Of a DNA stretch of 64,000 bases, positions 43,040 to 57,821 are shown one piece after another; within the stretch, counting starts at the first letter, position 1, and each line of letters opens with the position of its first letter. The stretch lies in NCBI GenBank assembly GCA_964016885.1, contig OZ024756.1:33790001-33854000 (forward strand), read 5' to 3'. The notes under the pieces were generated by a model, which was not told where the DNA came from, did no database searches, and worked only from the letters and a program-made list of their open reading frames with translations. This DNA is from Eledone cirrhosa. Its lineage: Eukaryota. Made by a program: the position numbers and the translations under genes.

Positions 43040-43398
43040 GTATATGTAAAAAGTAAAATCCAACAACGAAAGTGTCACTGGTATAAACTACATACATATA
43101 GACCTAGTGTAAATTCTAATACATTAATGTACTTTTCGAATGATAGAGAACATGTCAGCTTGTATATGTAAAAACTGAAATCCAACATCGAAAGATACAC
43201 TGGTATAAACTACATACATATAGACCTAGTGTAAATTCTAATATATCAATGTACTTTTCGAATGATGGAGAAAATGTCAGCTTGTATATATAAAAACTGA
43301 AATCTAACATCGAAAGATACACTGGTATAAACTACAAACATATAGACCTAATGTAATTCATATACACTATTGTACTTTTAGAAGTTCGGAGAAAATGT
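43040..43398. repeat. Three tandem copies of a ~120-bp unit
   Basis: cactggtataaactaca...atagacctagtgtaaattc recurs at ~43076, ~43198 and ~43320. Confidence 0.9.
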
Positions 43399-43796
43399 AA
43401 TTTTATCCAATAATATATAAGTACATAACTTCGTAATTTCTTAATTGTTCTAATTCTCACCGTATGTACAATAAAATGTTAAACTACATCCTATGATGTG
43501 AAATTCTTAAATGAAGTGTTAATGGAAATGTTTAAGTCTATTAAATCTCCTTTATCCTTTTCATTTCGTTTTTTTTTTAACATCTGGTTATAAGGTTAAA
43601 ACAGCTTAACTCAATTCTGGCTAAATCAATTTAAAATTTCCTGTGAACTCTATAAATTCACCCATATTATTTGGTAGGTATCTAGGATGATTTAAGCAAT
43701 CACCTATGACCGTAAATCATGCTTGCTGACCCTCCGCTCTTTACCTTCTGAGTTCAATATCCCGTTCACAGCATAGAGTTACCGGTCTTTACGTTC

Positions 43797-44124
43797 GGTA
43801 GAGCGGTAGAGCGTCAGACACCATGCTTTGCAGCATAGAGTTATATCGCTTTACATTCTGAGTTCAAATCCCGCTGAGGTTAGCTTTGACTTTCATCCTT
43901 ACGAGGTTGATTAAAAAAAAGTACCAGTCACGCACTGGAGTCGATTTAATCGACTTTCCCTTCCCCAAAAAATTACTGGCCTTGTGCCTCAATCAGAAAC
44001 CATTATTCTAAATTAATCTCGCCGACGTTAACTTTGCCTTTCATCCTTACGGGGTCGATAAAATAAAGTACCAGTAATACACTGGGATAATTGCTGGCAT
44101 TGTGCCTAAAATAGAAACAATTAT
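43797..44124 (+). mobile_element. SINE S1 long variant plus 5'-truncated short variant
   Basis: Two central domains; attattctaaattaatct follows each tail. Confidence 0.85.
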
Positions 44125-44516
44125 TCTAAATTAATCTAAATTCCAGAGCTGCCCCCCCCCCCATCATGCATTCTGTGAGAATAAGCCATTCAAATAAGGA
44201 TTGAGTTTCATCACTAATGATGTAAGTAAAATAATAATAATTTTCAACATAGACGTATGGATATTTAGACTGGGATATCGATTAAATAGACTTCAGTACT
44301 TTTTTAGATATATTTCTACAGATCCAATAGGACTGGGGGCAAGGTGGGATTTGAACTCAGGAGATAAAAAGTCGCAAGAAACATCACAAATGATTATGTG
44401 TAACACACTAACGCACTCTTATTAAGTTTCATATAGTGAGTGAGTAGTTTCGTATATTGAGCTAGCCACTCATATGTGTATGTATGTGTATATATATATA
44501 TATGTGTATGTATGTA

Positions 44517-44569
<53 letters not shown>

Positions 44570-44737
44570 ACGTATGTGTATATATATATATATATATATA
44601 TACATATATTTTTTTTTTAAGCAAATATACAAATATATGTATATATACTAATATATATAGATTTATGTATATATATAAATACAAGCATATGTATATATAC
44701 TAATATATATATATATATACAAGCATATGTATATATA

Positions 44738-44785
<48 letters not shown>

Positions 44786-44788
<3 letters not shown>

Positions 44789-45000
44789 ATAATAATAAAT
44801 GTGAAGACTAAAATCCAAAGAGGGCTTGATAAGGATAAATATATATCAAATGTATAACAAACGTAGAGCAAATATTTATTAAAATAACAGATTAAAGTTT
44901 AAGCAAAGAATCGCTGCTTTCACCCTTAACGGGATCTTCAGAAGATCCCGTTAAGGGTGAAAGCACCGATTCTTTGCTTAAACTTTAATCTGTTATTTTA

Positions 45001-45006
<6 letters not shown>
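44786..45006. mobile_element. Family B fold-back element; palindrome axis (44940) lies in the hammerhead core
   Basis: ~66-bp arms around gggatcttc-a-gaagatccc. Minus strand reads CTGAAGA-tcccgttaagggt-GAAA-gca...tgc-TT-aaact. Confidence 0.8.
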
Positions 45007-45036
<30 letters not shown>

Positions 45037-45038
<2 letters not shown>

Positions 45039-45256
45039 CGAAGGAAATGTGGTAAGGAACCAGGTGGACCATAACGCACCAAAGTACTCAATACTTGAGG
45101 TAGTAGAGTGGGTAATAGGAACCAGTAAGACCCCGACAGCTGAGCTCAAGCCGTTTCGACGGCTAATTCTGGACTCAGAATTCTGGACGGCTAATTCTGG
45201 AGTCCAGAATTAGCCGTCGAAACGGCTTGAGCTCAGCTGTCGGGGTCTTACTGGTT

Positions 45257-45260
<4 letters not shown>
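45037..45260. mobile_element. Family A fold-back element in (TA)n
   Basis: Arms ~45116-45176 and 45200-45260, with scrambled junction filler derived from the element itself. Confidence 0.8.
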
Positions 45261-45294
<34 letters not shown>

Positions 45295-45834
45295 CGCATG
45301 TGTGTGTGTGTAAAATTACTTATCATGATTTTGCATTACATTTGCATGCATCTATACATATAACTACAACACATCATAAAGAAAGTACTATCTTTACTCC
45401 AAATGGCCGCCTCATACGTATTTTCTATCGTTTTACATATGAACTCGTGTTTGGTGATATTTGACATCCTATGCCATCTGCTTCACCAATTTTGGCGGTG
45501 CTACTTTGATGTACGTCAATAAAAGACATTATTATCTCCAAGACAAGTGCCATTACATCTCTTGGCTACTTTAATATTGTCTTATCACCTCTTGGTCAGC
45601 GAGAAAATTGCATTCAGGGAAGGGAACCAAAGTTAAGATTAACTCTCTCCCTCCTTTCGTTGTGTGTGAATGCGATTGTATGCATACATATATACACACA
45701 CATATATGTATACACATATACACGCACACACACATATAAAGATACGTATATAACATATATATATACATATATATATACATATATATAAGCATATATATAT
45801 TTATATAGATATAGATTTATATATACATATATAG

Positions 45835-45881
<47 letters not shown>

Positions 45882-45995
45882 GTATACATATATATGTGTA
45901 TGTGTGCGTGTTTATGAATATATTTATAGTTAGGTATGATGGGTTTATCTACTGCATATATATATGTGTATGCGTCTGTATGTACATATATATAC

Positions 45996-46028
<33 letters not shown>

Positions 46029-46569
46029 TGTATGTATGTATGTATGTATGTATCATTTTTATGTATTATGCATACATGCATGTATGTATGTATTATGTGT
46101 ATCAGATATTCTTAATAATCTTGCTGAAGCGAACTGAATAGAGCTTTTATAAACTTCCTTCCTATCGGCGGTTCATATTTAGTAAACTTCAGAAGGCTGC
46201 GACCGTATTCGGTGTATTATCAAAGGCAACATATTTTTCATTGTAATGCGTACCAGTGATTTTGCACTCAGAATTCTTTCGATACCAGGTAGTTTAATAA
46301 TCGAAGAGAGGCTGAACTAACATGATTAAATGCAACGACCTTGGAGTTAAAGTTAAAGATTAAAATATTTAAATGATTCCTTCAAGTGTTTCATGTCGTA
46401 CTAAGCTTTCAAATGTTTTTTGCGCTCTTTCTGTATTATGAAAGAATATTATGGACGCAAATGCCCCCACAGTGATATCATTCCAGTTATGGTGTTCGTA
46501 ATAGAAATGCATAGGATACATGTGCTAGTACGTTCGTTCTATGATAATAACATTTATTATCTAACATAC

Positions 46570-46749
46570 GGCAGTATCGGTAGAGGGTCGGACGCCATGC
46601 TTTGACGCAAAGAGTTACCTCCCTTTACGATCTGAGTTCAAATCCCGCCAAGGTTAACTTTGCCTTTCATCCTTACGGGATCGATAAAATAAAGTACCAG
46701 TAATGCACTGGGTAATTGCTGGCCTTGTGCCTAACGTAGAAACAATTAT
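46570..46749 (+). mobile_element. SINE family S1
   Basis: A/B boxes and tail; TSD ttatctaacat. Confidence 0.9.
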
Positions 46750-46848
46750 CTAACATGCATGTATATAGTAACGGTTATCACTATCAGCATGGATTTATCC
46801 GCTATGACTAAAACAAACTAAACCAAGTACAGAACCTTTATTTGTATA

Positions 46849-47031
46849 ATAATTGTTTCTACTTTAGGCACAAGGCCAGCAATTACCCAGTGCATTACTG
46901 GTACTTTATTTTATCGACCCCGTAAGGATGAAAGGCAAAGTCAACCTCGGCGGGATTTGAACTCAGATCGTAAAGGGACGTAACTATGCTGGAAAGCATG
47001 GCGTCCGACCCTCTACCGATACTGCCAATCC
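46849..47031 (-). mobile_element. SINE family S1
   Basis: Full-length copy inverted relative to 46570-46749. Confidence 0.9.
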
Positions 47032-47591
47032 AGTATAATAATGATACGGATAAGCATATTTGTTTTAAAAGGAATTTTTTGGTGAGTAAGAACAGTGAAA
47101 TAATATATCTCATCTTAAAATGTTTTTAAATTCTCAGATCTGACAGATATGAAGGGTAAATGAGAAAGATAAACTAAAATAAAATAAAATGAAAATGGCT
47201 GAGTGGATCCACATCGTACACTACACACAGTGCTTTGTTCAATACTAAACTGACCCAAGATGACTCATACGTTACAACTGAAATTTGGTCATGCCATGAG
47301 AGTATGTTGGTTTTCCTATGAACCTTTCAGCAGACTCTCCTGGTTTCTTGAGAAATAGTAAGGTAGATTAAGTAGTTCATATTACTTAAATTAAAGAAGT
47401 TAATATTACTAAATATACCGAATGCTTCGTGGTATTCGTTCCAGCTCTCGGTGTGCTAAGTTCAAATCCCGTTATGGTCAAATTTGTTTTTCATCCTTTC
47501 GGCGTCGTTAAAAAAATGTGCCAGTACAGTACTGGATTCGATTCTTCATATACTGTACCGATTGTGTTGTTATTTCTGTTTACCTTTTACG

Positions 47592-47628
<37 letters not shown>

Positions 47629-47734
47629 ATACATATATATGTGTGTGTGCGTGTGTCTACTCATTTTATTTATATAAACTGTATTTCGGGATTGAGTACT
47701 CTTTTCTCTCAGCCGTCAACCACAAACGGATGTT

Positions 47735-47782
<48 letters not shown>

Positions 47783-47825
47783 TATATACATATATATACA
47801 TATATATATATATACATATATATAC

Positions 47826-47874
<49 letters not shown>

Positions 47875-47876
47875 TA

Positions 47877-47918
<42 letters not shown>

Positions 47919-47920
47919 TA

Positions 47921-47960
<40 letters not shown>

Positions 47961-47965
47961 TAGAC

Positions 47966-47998
<33 letters not shown>

Positions 47999-48003
47999 TA
48001 GAC

Positions 48004-48036
<33 letters not shown>

Positions 48037-48097
48037 TAGATATATATAGATATATATATATATATATACATATATAGATATATATAGATATATATAG

Positions 48098-48170
<73 letters not shown>

Positions 48171-48752
48171 TGTGTGTGTGTGTGTACATATATATATACA
48201 TATCTCTCTCTCTCTCCATCCCTCCCACTATGATCAATTTAATTCTCTTTAACTCACTACAATCGACGACATGAAGTCTACGTATCAAAACTGATCAAGG
48301 AATCCTTCCACTTCTACCCTACCTCCATCTCAGTTTGTCACTCTACTTCCTAACTCTCCCCCCCCCCTCTTTCTCTCTCTCTATACTATTCTGTTTGTCC
48401 CCTCACTTTCTAATTCCTCTAGTAAATACAATTCCAAAAAAATGTTTTCTCTATATATTAAGAACTATTTCAAGAGTAACTTACTCACTATTTTGAAAAT
48501 TTGGACGTGAACAACAATTATCATTGAGTGGCTGATATTTGCAGTATAGCAATATAAGGTTGCACTTACCAATGAAACGGTCGTAAATACCTGGATAAAA
48601 TCCTTCTCTTAATGCTTACCTGTGTTTTCTCTGTTATACTTTATACTCCAAGATTGAACGGAATTCTTACAAACTTGTGGAGTTACCCCTAACCGTACGT
48701 TGAAACCGTCCATGAAACTGGCTTTCTTAACCACGAACTGGATCACAATAAG

Positions 48753-48787
<35 letters not shown>

Positions 48788-48813
48788 TGTGTGTGTGTAC
48801 ATGTATATTTATA

Positions 48814-48853
<40 letters not shown>

Positions 48854-48901
48854 TGTCTGTGTGTTACATGTATAAACTATTTACATATTTAAAGCCCTTG
48901 G

Positions 48902-48938
<37 letters not shown>

Positions 48939-49408
48939 TCTCTCTCTCCCGCTCTCCCGCTCTCTCTCTCACACTCTGCGATACAGCAAACGCTATTCGT
49001 TATACAGTTACCAAAATATGATAATTTCTAATTCATAAGTCTTTATTTATGGCGGAAATATAACAAAACAAGCCAAACGCAAACATGTTCAATATCAACC
49101 ATTTCTGACGTAAATATTGTCTACACAAAGAAAAACCATTCTGTGAATAATACATCCCAATGTTTTTTGTGAGAGTGTGTGTGGTGTGTGTGTTTTTTTT
49201 GCAAGGAAATATATATTCCATCATATATTTCAATAATTCAACGGACGGACCTGTACTGGTGAAATACTCCATCTATTTTCATACTCGTTTAATTATGTAA
49301 AATCAATCTTTCATTCTTTCTCTTTGCAAGATCTAACAAACAATAACAAAACAAAACAAAAATCAGCAAAAAATAATTGAAATAAATAAATCAATTAAAC
49401 GTATAAAA

Positions 49409-49773
49409 TAATTGTTTCTACTTTTGGCACAAGGCCAGCAATTACTCAATGCATTACTGGTACTTTATTCTATCGACCCCGGAAGGATGAAAGGCAAAGT
49501 TAACCTCGGCGGGATTTGAACTCAGATCATACAGGGAGGTAAACGTATAAAATAATGGTTTCTTATATAGGCACAAGGCCAGCAATTTTGGGGGATGGGT
49601 AAAGTCGATTAAATCGACTCCAGTGTGTGACTGGTACTTTATTTTATCGACCCCGTAAGGATGAAAGGCATAGTTAATCTCGGCGGGATTGGAACTCAGA
49701 CCGTAAAGGACCGTAACTCTATGCTGCAAAGCATGACATCCGACCTTCTACCGATACTACCAATCCACCGCCC
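49409..49773 (-). mobile_element. Two SINE S1 copies (short truncated plus long variant)
   Basis: aaacgtataaaa precedes both tails; central domains present. Confidence 0.85.
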
Positions 49774-49835
49774 AATAATGTATAAAATAATAATAATGAA
49801 AATTCTGCATTTTATAATTTTTTATTATCATTATA

Positions 49836-50244
49836 GATTGGCAGTATCGGTAGAGGGTCAGGCACCATGCTTTCCAGCATAGTTACGTCCCTTTACGGTC
49901 TGAGTTCAAATCCCGCCGAGGTTAATTTTGCCTTTCATCTTTACGGGATCGATAAAATAAGGTACCAGTAATACATTGGGGTCGATTTAATCGACTTTCC
50001 TCTCCCCCAAAATTGCTGGCCTTGTGCGCATATAAGAAACCATTATTATTATTATTATTATTATTATTGGCAGTATCAGTAGAGGGTCGGACACCATGAT
50101 TTGACGCATAGAGCTACGGCCCTTGCTATTCTGAGTTCAAATACCGCCGAGGTTAACTTTGCCTTTCATCTTTACAGGGTCTATAAAATAAAGTACCAGT
50201 AATACACTGATATAATTGCTGGCCTTGTGCCAAAAGTAGAAACA

Positions 50245-50249
<5 letters not shown>
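49836..50249 (+). mobile_element. Two SINE S1 copies with (ATT)n tails
   Basis: 49836-50045 (long variant) and 50068-50249. Confidence 0.85.
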
Positions 50250-50295
<46 letters not shown>

Positions 50296-50341
50296 GTTGT
50301 TGTTGTTGGTGTTGGATTTGTTGTTGTTGTTGTTTTTATTA

Positions 50342-50397
<56 letters not shown>

Positions 50398-50408
50398 GTT
50401 ATTGTTAT

Positions 50409-50752
50409 TCCTTGAATCTCAGTCATTGATGTTGGTTAACTGGAAAGTCCGTTGGATTGAATATCAAGCCACTACCTGCAGCCTCAGATATTCAGGACGT
50501 ATCGGAGGGTTCTTGCCGTTCCAAGCAAGCATGCCTTTTGAAGCGTTCCAAAAAGCGTGAAGGGGCCTATTTTCTTTAACCATCCCTGGAAACCTTTGGA
50601 GATAGTCCCCAGTGCGCCTATGACAATCGGGATCACTTTGACTTCATGGCAGTTCCAAATCCTTTTCACCTCCCACTTTAGGTCCTGGTATCGGTTAATT
50701 TTCTCCCTCTCCTTCTCTTGCACTCTCGTGTCGAACGGGCAGGCCACATCCT
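50409..50752 (-). mobile_element. R4/Dong-clade retrotransposon 3' fragment (second family) in (TTA)n
   Basis: DVACPFDTRVQEKEREKINRYQDLKWEVKRIW...IPIVIGALG...LQKACLLGTARTLRYVLNI*; (TTA)n on both sides. Confidence 0.85.
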
Positions 50753-50777
50753 ATTATTATTATTATTATTATTATAA

Positions 50778-50965
50778 GGGCGGTGGATTGGCAGTATCGG
50801 TAGAGGGTCGGACGCCATGTTTTCCAGCATAGAGTTACGTCCCTTTACGATCTGAGTTCAAATCCCGCCGAGGTTGACTTTGCCTTTCATCCTTACGGGG
50901 GTCGATAAAATAAAGTACCAGTAATGCACTGGGTAATTGCTGGCCTTGTGCCTAAAGTAGAAACA

Positions 50966-50970
<5 letters not shown>
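50778..50970 (+). mobile_element. SINE family S1, full length
   Basis: Close to consensus; (ATT)n tail. Confidence 0.9.
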
Positions 50971-51012
<42 letters not shown>

Positions 51013-51014
<2 letters not shown>

Positions 51015-51329
51015 CTTGAGTCTCAGTCATTGATGTTAGTTAACTGGAAAGTCCGTTGGAATGAATATCAAGCCACTACCTGCAGCCTCAGATATTCAGG
51101 ACGTATCGGAGGGTTCTTGCTGTTCCCAGCAAGCATGCCTTTTGAAGCGTTCCAAAAAGCGTGAAGGGGCTCATTTTCTTTAACCATCCCTGGAAACTTT
51201 TTGATATAGTCCCCAGTGCGCCTATGACAATCGGGATCACTTTGACTTCATGGCAGTTCCAAATTCTTTTTACCTCCCACTTTAAGTCCTGGTATCGGTT
51301 AATTTTCTCCCTCTCCTTCTCTTGCACTC

Positions 51330-51330
<1 letters not shown>
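51013..51330 (-). mobile_element. R4/Dong-clade 3' fragment, second copy of the 50409-50752 family
   Basis: Near-identical peptide with a slightly shorter 5' end; (TTA)n on both sides. Confidence 0.85.
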
Positions 51331-51372
<42 letters not shown>

Positions 51373-52798
51373 AAAAATATTTCATACTGTTTTATTTCAT
51401 TGTATTTTTTCTCTCTGAACTTTTCTAGTATTGAAATGATGATATATTCACATATAAACAGTTTTTGGTATCATTTTTGCTACAAATCATAAAATTGTTA
51501 TTTTCATACATTCGTTCATTTTCTAGGATCTATTTCTATCCGTTAAGAAATATGCTGGCTGTTTTTAATTATATTCTCTCGTTGAATAATACATTTTAGT
51601 AAAATAGCAAATAAAATTACGATATTTCTCTATATTTGTTTGTTGTTGTATTTGTATTGTTTGGGGGTTTTTTATTTTCTTTACAAAATTTTACTGGATT
51701 TTTTTTTTTTTTTTCCATTCATTTTCGAAAAATAATTGATCGTTGTTCATTTTAACTGTCTAATTGATTGATATGTTTCCGAATGATAAAACCGGAAATC
51801 ATCATCATCAAGTCTATATCAGGGTTGTCTGTTATATCATAGTCTGACCAATATCAAATTATTTATATATTTACATATATAATTAGTTTATAAATATATC
51901 TGCCTATCTATCCTTATATAATAACGTGTAAAATACAACAATGTAGATCCGGAATTAAATCGTGAGCAAAGTTGATCTCGCATGTGTGTTGTTATGTTCC
52001 ATCAGCTTTGTTCACCACTGTATGTGGATGTTAATTCAAAACAAGTGAAAATTGTTATATTTGCTATCTGTCTTATACAGTTACTTTGCTGAGAATATTC
52101 ATATAATTTTCAGAACAGAAACACGTTATTTGTTGCATATACAGTACTCTAATGCAATACATTATCCGAGAATGTTCCCTCTCAACGAACATCTCTCCAC
52201 CAATTTTGCATGGGCTATACCATTATATGATGCACGGTTGCTCTAACATTATAATGTTATGTTAATAAAGCTAAACGACATGTAAAACTTAGAAATGCTA
52301 TATCCCAGCTGTGCAAAAGCTCGTAAGACCTTTGATTGTAGAACATCAAATCATAATTATCTTGGATTCGGTATAGTTGGAAATCCAGGAGATTGTTTGT
52401 ATGATTTCCTACAAGACAAAAGCCCTCTCTTTGTAACCTACGGCCCCATCTCCGAATAGAAACTATGCAGAGAGGCATACAGAGAGATAGTAAATATAAT
52501 GGAACCGTTGTTACTTGCAATAAGTTATGTTTTTTATGATTTCCTACAAGACAAAAGCGATCTCTATATAGCCTATAGTGAGAGCTCAGAATGTAAAATA
52601 TTCAGGGAGGCATACAGAGAACGTAAATATATTGGAACCGTTGTTGTTTACAATGAGTGACAGAAAAAGAAAAGAAACAAGAAAAACATACTGATAGAGA
52701 AGGGGAAACACCAGACAGTAGTACATGTAAGTACTATTAAAGAAACGGAGGGTAGAACAAAGACTCTTATATACATGCTGTATGCAAAAGTATGTAAT

Positions 52799-52967
52799 AT
52801 CTGACTGATAAAATGACAAGTCAGTCAATCATATTGGTGACCTCCCCACAGCCCCGGCGGACAGAATGGAGAAGGCATTTCTCCGGAGGACGGCAAGGGA
52901 GACGCGCTGGAAAGGACATTCCAGCTCGCGAGGCTCACACCTGCGGCTGGCCAGCTCAGCGCCTATG
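52799..52967 (-). mobile_element. CRE-clade retrotransposon 3' fragment with 3' UTR
   Basis: IGAELASRRCEPRELECPFQRVSLAVLRRNAFSILSAGAVGRSPI*; highly similar to 30521-30690. Confidence 0.8.
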
Positions 52968-53177
52968 ATGAGTTGTTCGCATGTCGGATCAGACAACTTC
53001 ACATGCTCTGCACTTTATACTAGAGTGAAGATATGTGTTGATAAGTCAGCTCTCATTCTATTAAATGGACTACTGGTGGTAGCAAGTGGTAGAATGAAGA
53101 GATACAGTGATGGAGCTTCTGCAGGTTAGCTCTAGCTCACTTAAATGGATGCGCACACGCACACATACACATATATA

Positions 53178-53657
<480 letters not shown>

Positions 53658-54020
53658 AGAGAGAGAACGGAAGAGAAATAGAAAGGTGGGAGAGATGCCC
53701 CATAAGTTTAGAAACTTCATTCTTAACTAATTGAAAGATTTCAATTTTTTTTTTTATTTTGTTTTTTCTATGAAAACCAATAAAAGTTTCCAAGTAACCA
53801 ACAATATGTTTCTTTCAGCTAAGAAAGAAATTTCAATTAATTGACCATTATTCTTGTACACCATTCACTGCACACATCTTTAGATTATTTATCTAATTTT
53901 ATTGACTGATGCTTACATGAATTATTTCCCTTTGAACAACTTATAAATACAATATTTTTATATTTTCCATTCTATTGAGATTATATAGTTGAACATCTAT
54001 AACAATACGGCTGTATATTC

Positions 54021-54060
<40 letters not shown>

Positions 54061-54064
54061 ATCT

Positions 54065-54126
<62 letters not shown>

Positions 54127-54217
54127 CTCTCTCTATCTCTCTCTCTCTATATATATATATATATCCTTCTCTCTTGTTGTCTCACTCCGATTCTCTCCCT
54201 CTCTGATACTCTCTGAT

Positions 54218-54269
<52 letters not shown>

Positions 54270-54385
54270 TATATATATATAGATACATATTATATATACA
54301 TACATACATGCTTACATACATTATTCATCCATACGTACATATATATACATATATACATACATACATACATGCTTACATAAATCAT

Positions 54386-54418
<33 letters not shown>

Positions 54419-54422
54419 TATT

Positions 54423-54462
<40 letters not shown>

Positions 54463-54788
54463 ATCAGTATGCGTGTCTACTTTTGCGTGCTCGTATATCT
54501 TATACGGAGTCTTGTTTCCTCTAATTAATTGCTTTATGCCGTTTTGCTTTCGCAATTAAATTCTTAATTTACAATATTTTCAATTGGCTTCATTTATCTT
54601 ATGAAAAAGAAAAAATAAGAAAATTCACAACTTCTCCAAAATTTCTCTTTCCTATTCTATAATTGACTCGATTATTAAAGTATTCGTACAACGTCCAATT
54701 CCAGTAGATGGACAGTTTGATCTCCTATACAATAAAATGAGCAAATTCTTTTTGAGCGAGATTCAGGTGTATATGAAGGTTCTAAATA

Positions 54789-54978
54789 ATAATTGTTTCT
54801 ATTTTAGGCACAAGGCCAGCAATTATCCCAGTGTATTACTGGTACTTTATTTTATCGACCCCGTAAGGATGAAAGGCAAAGTTAACCTCGGCGGGATTTG
54901 AACTCAGTCCGTAAAGGGACATAACTGTGTTACAAATCATGGCGTCCGACCCTCTACCGATACTACCAATCCACCGCC
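54789..54978 (-). mobile_element. SINE family S1, full length
   Basis: A/B boxes; ctaaataataat on both sides. Confidence 0.9.
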
Positions 54979-55057
54979 CTCCTAAATAATAATGGTTTCT
55001 AAATAATAATGGTTTCAAATTTAAGCACAAGGCTAGCAATTTCTTGATACCCTGGGG

Positions 55058-55337
55058 CAGTCATGGGCAATCTGCAGCCCGCGAACCTTTCTGAATGGCT
55101 CAACTAAGTCACCCAAGTGAAATCTTTCTGATTTTTTTACCCCAACTTTTCAGTCGTAATTTATCTTTCTATCCTTTTTACGATCGAGAAAAACAACGAG
55201 TGCGAATTCTGAAAAAACAAATCAAAACAACCGCCCTTTTTTTATGTGGGCACGAATGTAAATTAGCGCTTTCGGCCCAACTGATGATGAGCCATATCTC
55301 ATGCGGCTCGTTTCTCGAAAAAGGTTGCCCATGCCTG
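55058..55337. mobile_element. hAT-type MITE nested in an old S1 SINE
   Basis: TIR cagtcatgggcaa / ttgcccatgcctg; right flank gtctagga is Charlie-like but the TSD is decayed. SINE halves lie at ~55008-55045 and ~55345-55420. Confidence 0.6.
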
Positions 55338-56585
55338 GTCTAGGACAGTCGATTAAATCGACCACAGTATTTAAGAGGTAATTTATGCTATTGACCACGG
55401 AAGGATGAAATACAATGTTGATTAGAGTAGGTCACTAGAGTAGGTCACTAGGGTAGAAAGACCCCCAAATAGCCACGGCTGAAGAATTCTATGAAAGTAT
55501 TGTGTGACCGTTACGTTATCATCATCCTGTGTCCTCGGCGAAAATAGACTCAATGATAAATCTCCATGTGTGTCCTGATAAATCTCAATGATAAATCTCC
55601 AGTAGCTAAATCCTGAGATTGAACACCAACATCCTTGTCTACGACATCTCGATATGAGAGCTTTCTGCGATTCCTTTGTCGTGAGACAAGTGCAGGTTTC
55701 CAAAGCACCAAAGAGGACACTAACAAACCCCACCCCTTACTTCTACGTACAGTCCAGCATCAGTTATATGCGGGAGACGATAATATATCTCTCGGAGAGT
55801 CTTGTGTTCCCTCCAGCTTGTGTTTTGAGAGGGTCTGAGAAGTGATATGGCTTTATATGGCTTCATCTGTTCTTAAAATACAGGCAGTACTTAACTCGTT
55901 TGGTATTCCCAGCCAGAATCTCATTGCTTGACCATATTTGGCAGACGCCAGTTTCAGTAGAGACTGTTGCGTGTTTGCAGTGACTTCTTGAACACTTACA
56001 TACAAACATGTTGTTGTAGATGGGCTCCAGTGGGTTGAGACTACGAATGCTCCAGTTCTGGGGACTAGCTTGCTCGTGAAATTAATATGTAAATGGCTGA
56101 GTATTCCAAAGACACGTGTTCCCTTATAGTACATTTAAAAGAAATTCAGCGTGTCATATGATGTGACAAAGTTAGACATTTGAATTACAGGCACAAATTA
56201 AGTTTTCCCGTTGGAGAAACCCGGAATGAAGTGTCTTGCTCAAGGACACATCGCTCTGCCGTAAGTGTAACTCACGAACTTATTTTAATCATGAGCTGAA
56301 CACTCTAACCACTAAATCTCCACACTTTCATATAAAATATAAATATTAGATTTATCATAAACAACTATTGACATCGATAAATCTGTGTATAAGAACAGCA
56401 GCAACAACAACAGCAACAACAACAGCAAAAACAACAGCAACAGCAACATGAGTATTAACGACGGCAATAATAACAAAGACAACAACAAAAGTAGGTTTTG
56501 AATTAAATTAATTGGTTCTTACAGTTATTTGGTATGAAATGTTGAAATGTTCATCAAATGACAAACATTTTAATATATTTATTTC

Positions 56586-56629
<44 letters not shown>

Positions 56630-56649
56630 ATATATATATACATATATGT

Positions 56650-56712
<63 letters not shown>

Positions 56713-56746
56713 AACACATATATGTATATATATATATATACATATG

Positions 56747-56795
<49 letters not shown>

Positions 56796-56802
56796 GTACT
56801 CG

Positions 56803-56833
<31 letters not shown>

Positions 56834-56834
56834 G

Positions 56835-56881
<47 letters not shown>

Positions 56882-56926
56882 ATGTATATATATATATATG
56901 TGTATATATATATATGCATATATATA

Positions 56927-57022
<96 letters not shown>

Positions 57023-57081
57023 TTTATATATATATATACACATATATATACATATACATATATATATATATATATATACAT

Positions 57082-57142
<61 letters not shown>

Positions 57143-57149
57143 TATACAT

Positions 57150-57241
<92 letters not shown>

Positions 57242-57457
57242 TATATATTCATGTGAATTCATGTGTTCAGATGACAGAATTAGCTGACATGTGTGTAATT
57301 TATCATTGAGTGGATACGGTCTTCCATTAATTACCACGGACACCACGTAAGGTCGCCAGATCAGAGCTAACCAATCAGCAGGAATAATTGCGAGCTGACA
57401 GTTCGCCATTTCTTAGGCAATACTAAATGAGTATCTGCGTTTTCGTGTGTTTGTGTG

Positions 57458-57508
<51 letters not shown>

Positions 57509-57511
57509 GTG

Positions 57512-57569
<58 letters not shown>

Positions 57570-57584
57570 GATGTATATATGTGT

Positions 57585-57703
57585 ATATGTGAGAGAGAGA
57601 AAGTGTGAGACGGTGTCTGTGTGTATGTGTGAGCGACAATTTATATGTGTGTAGTTGTGAGAGAGAGAGAGAAAGTGTGAGACGGTGTGTGTGTGTGTGT
57701 GTC

Positions 57704-57735
<32 letters not shown>

Positions 57736-57737
57736 TT

Positions 57738-57821
<84 letters not shown>

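Noticed and set aside
50778-50870. tRNA gene
   Set aside because: The A/B boxes belong to SINE heads; no cloverleaf seen and the sequence continues into the SINE body.
55281-55330. CTGATGA-tgagcc...ggctcg...GAAA
   Set aside because: Lies in the hAT MITE subterminal region; there are 6 extra nt before GAAA and no stems I or III.
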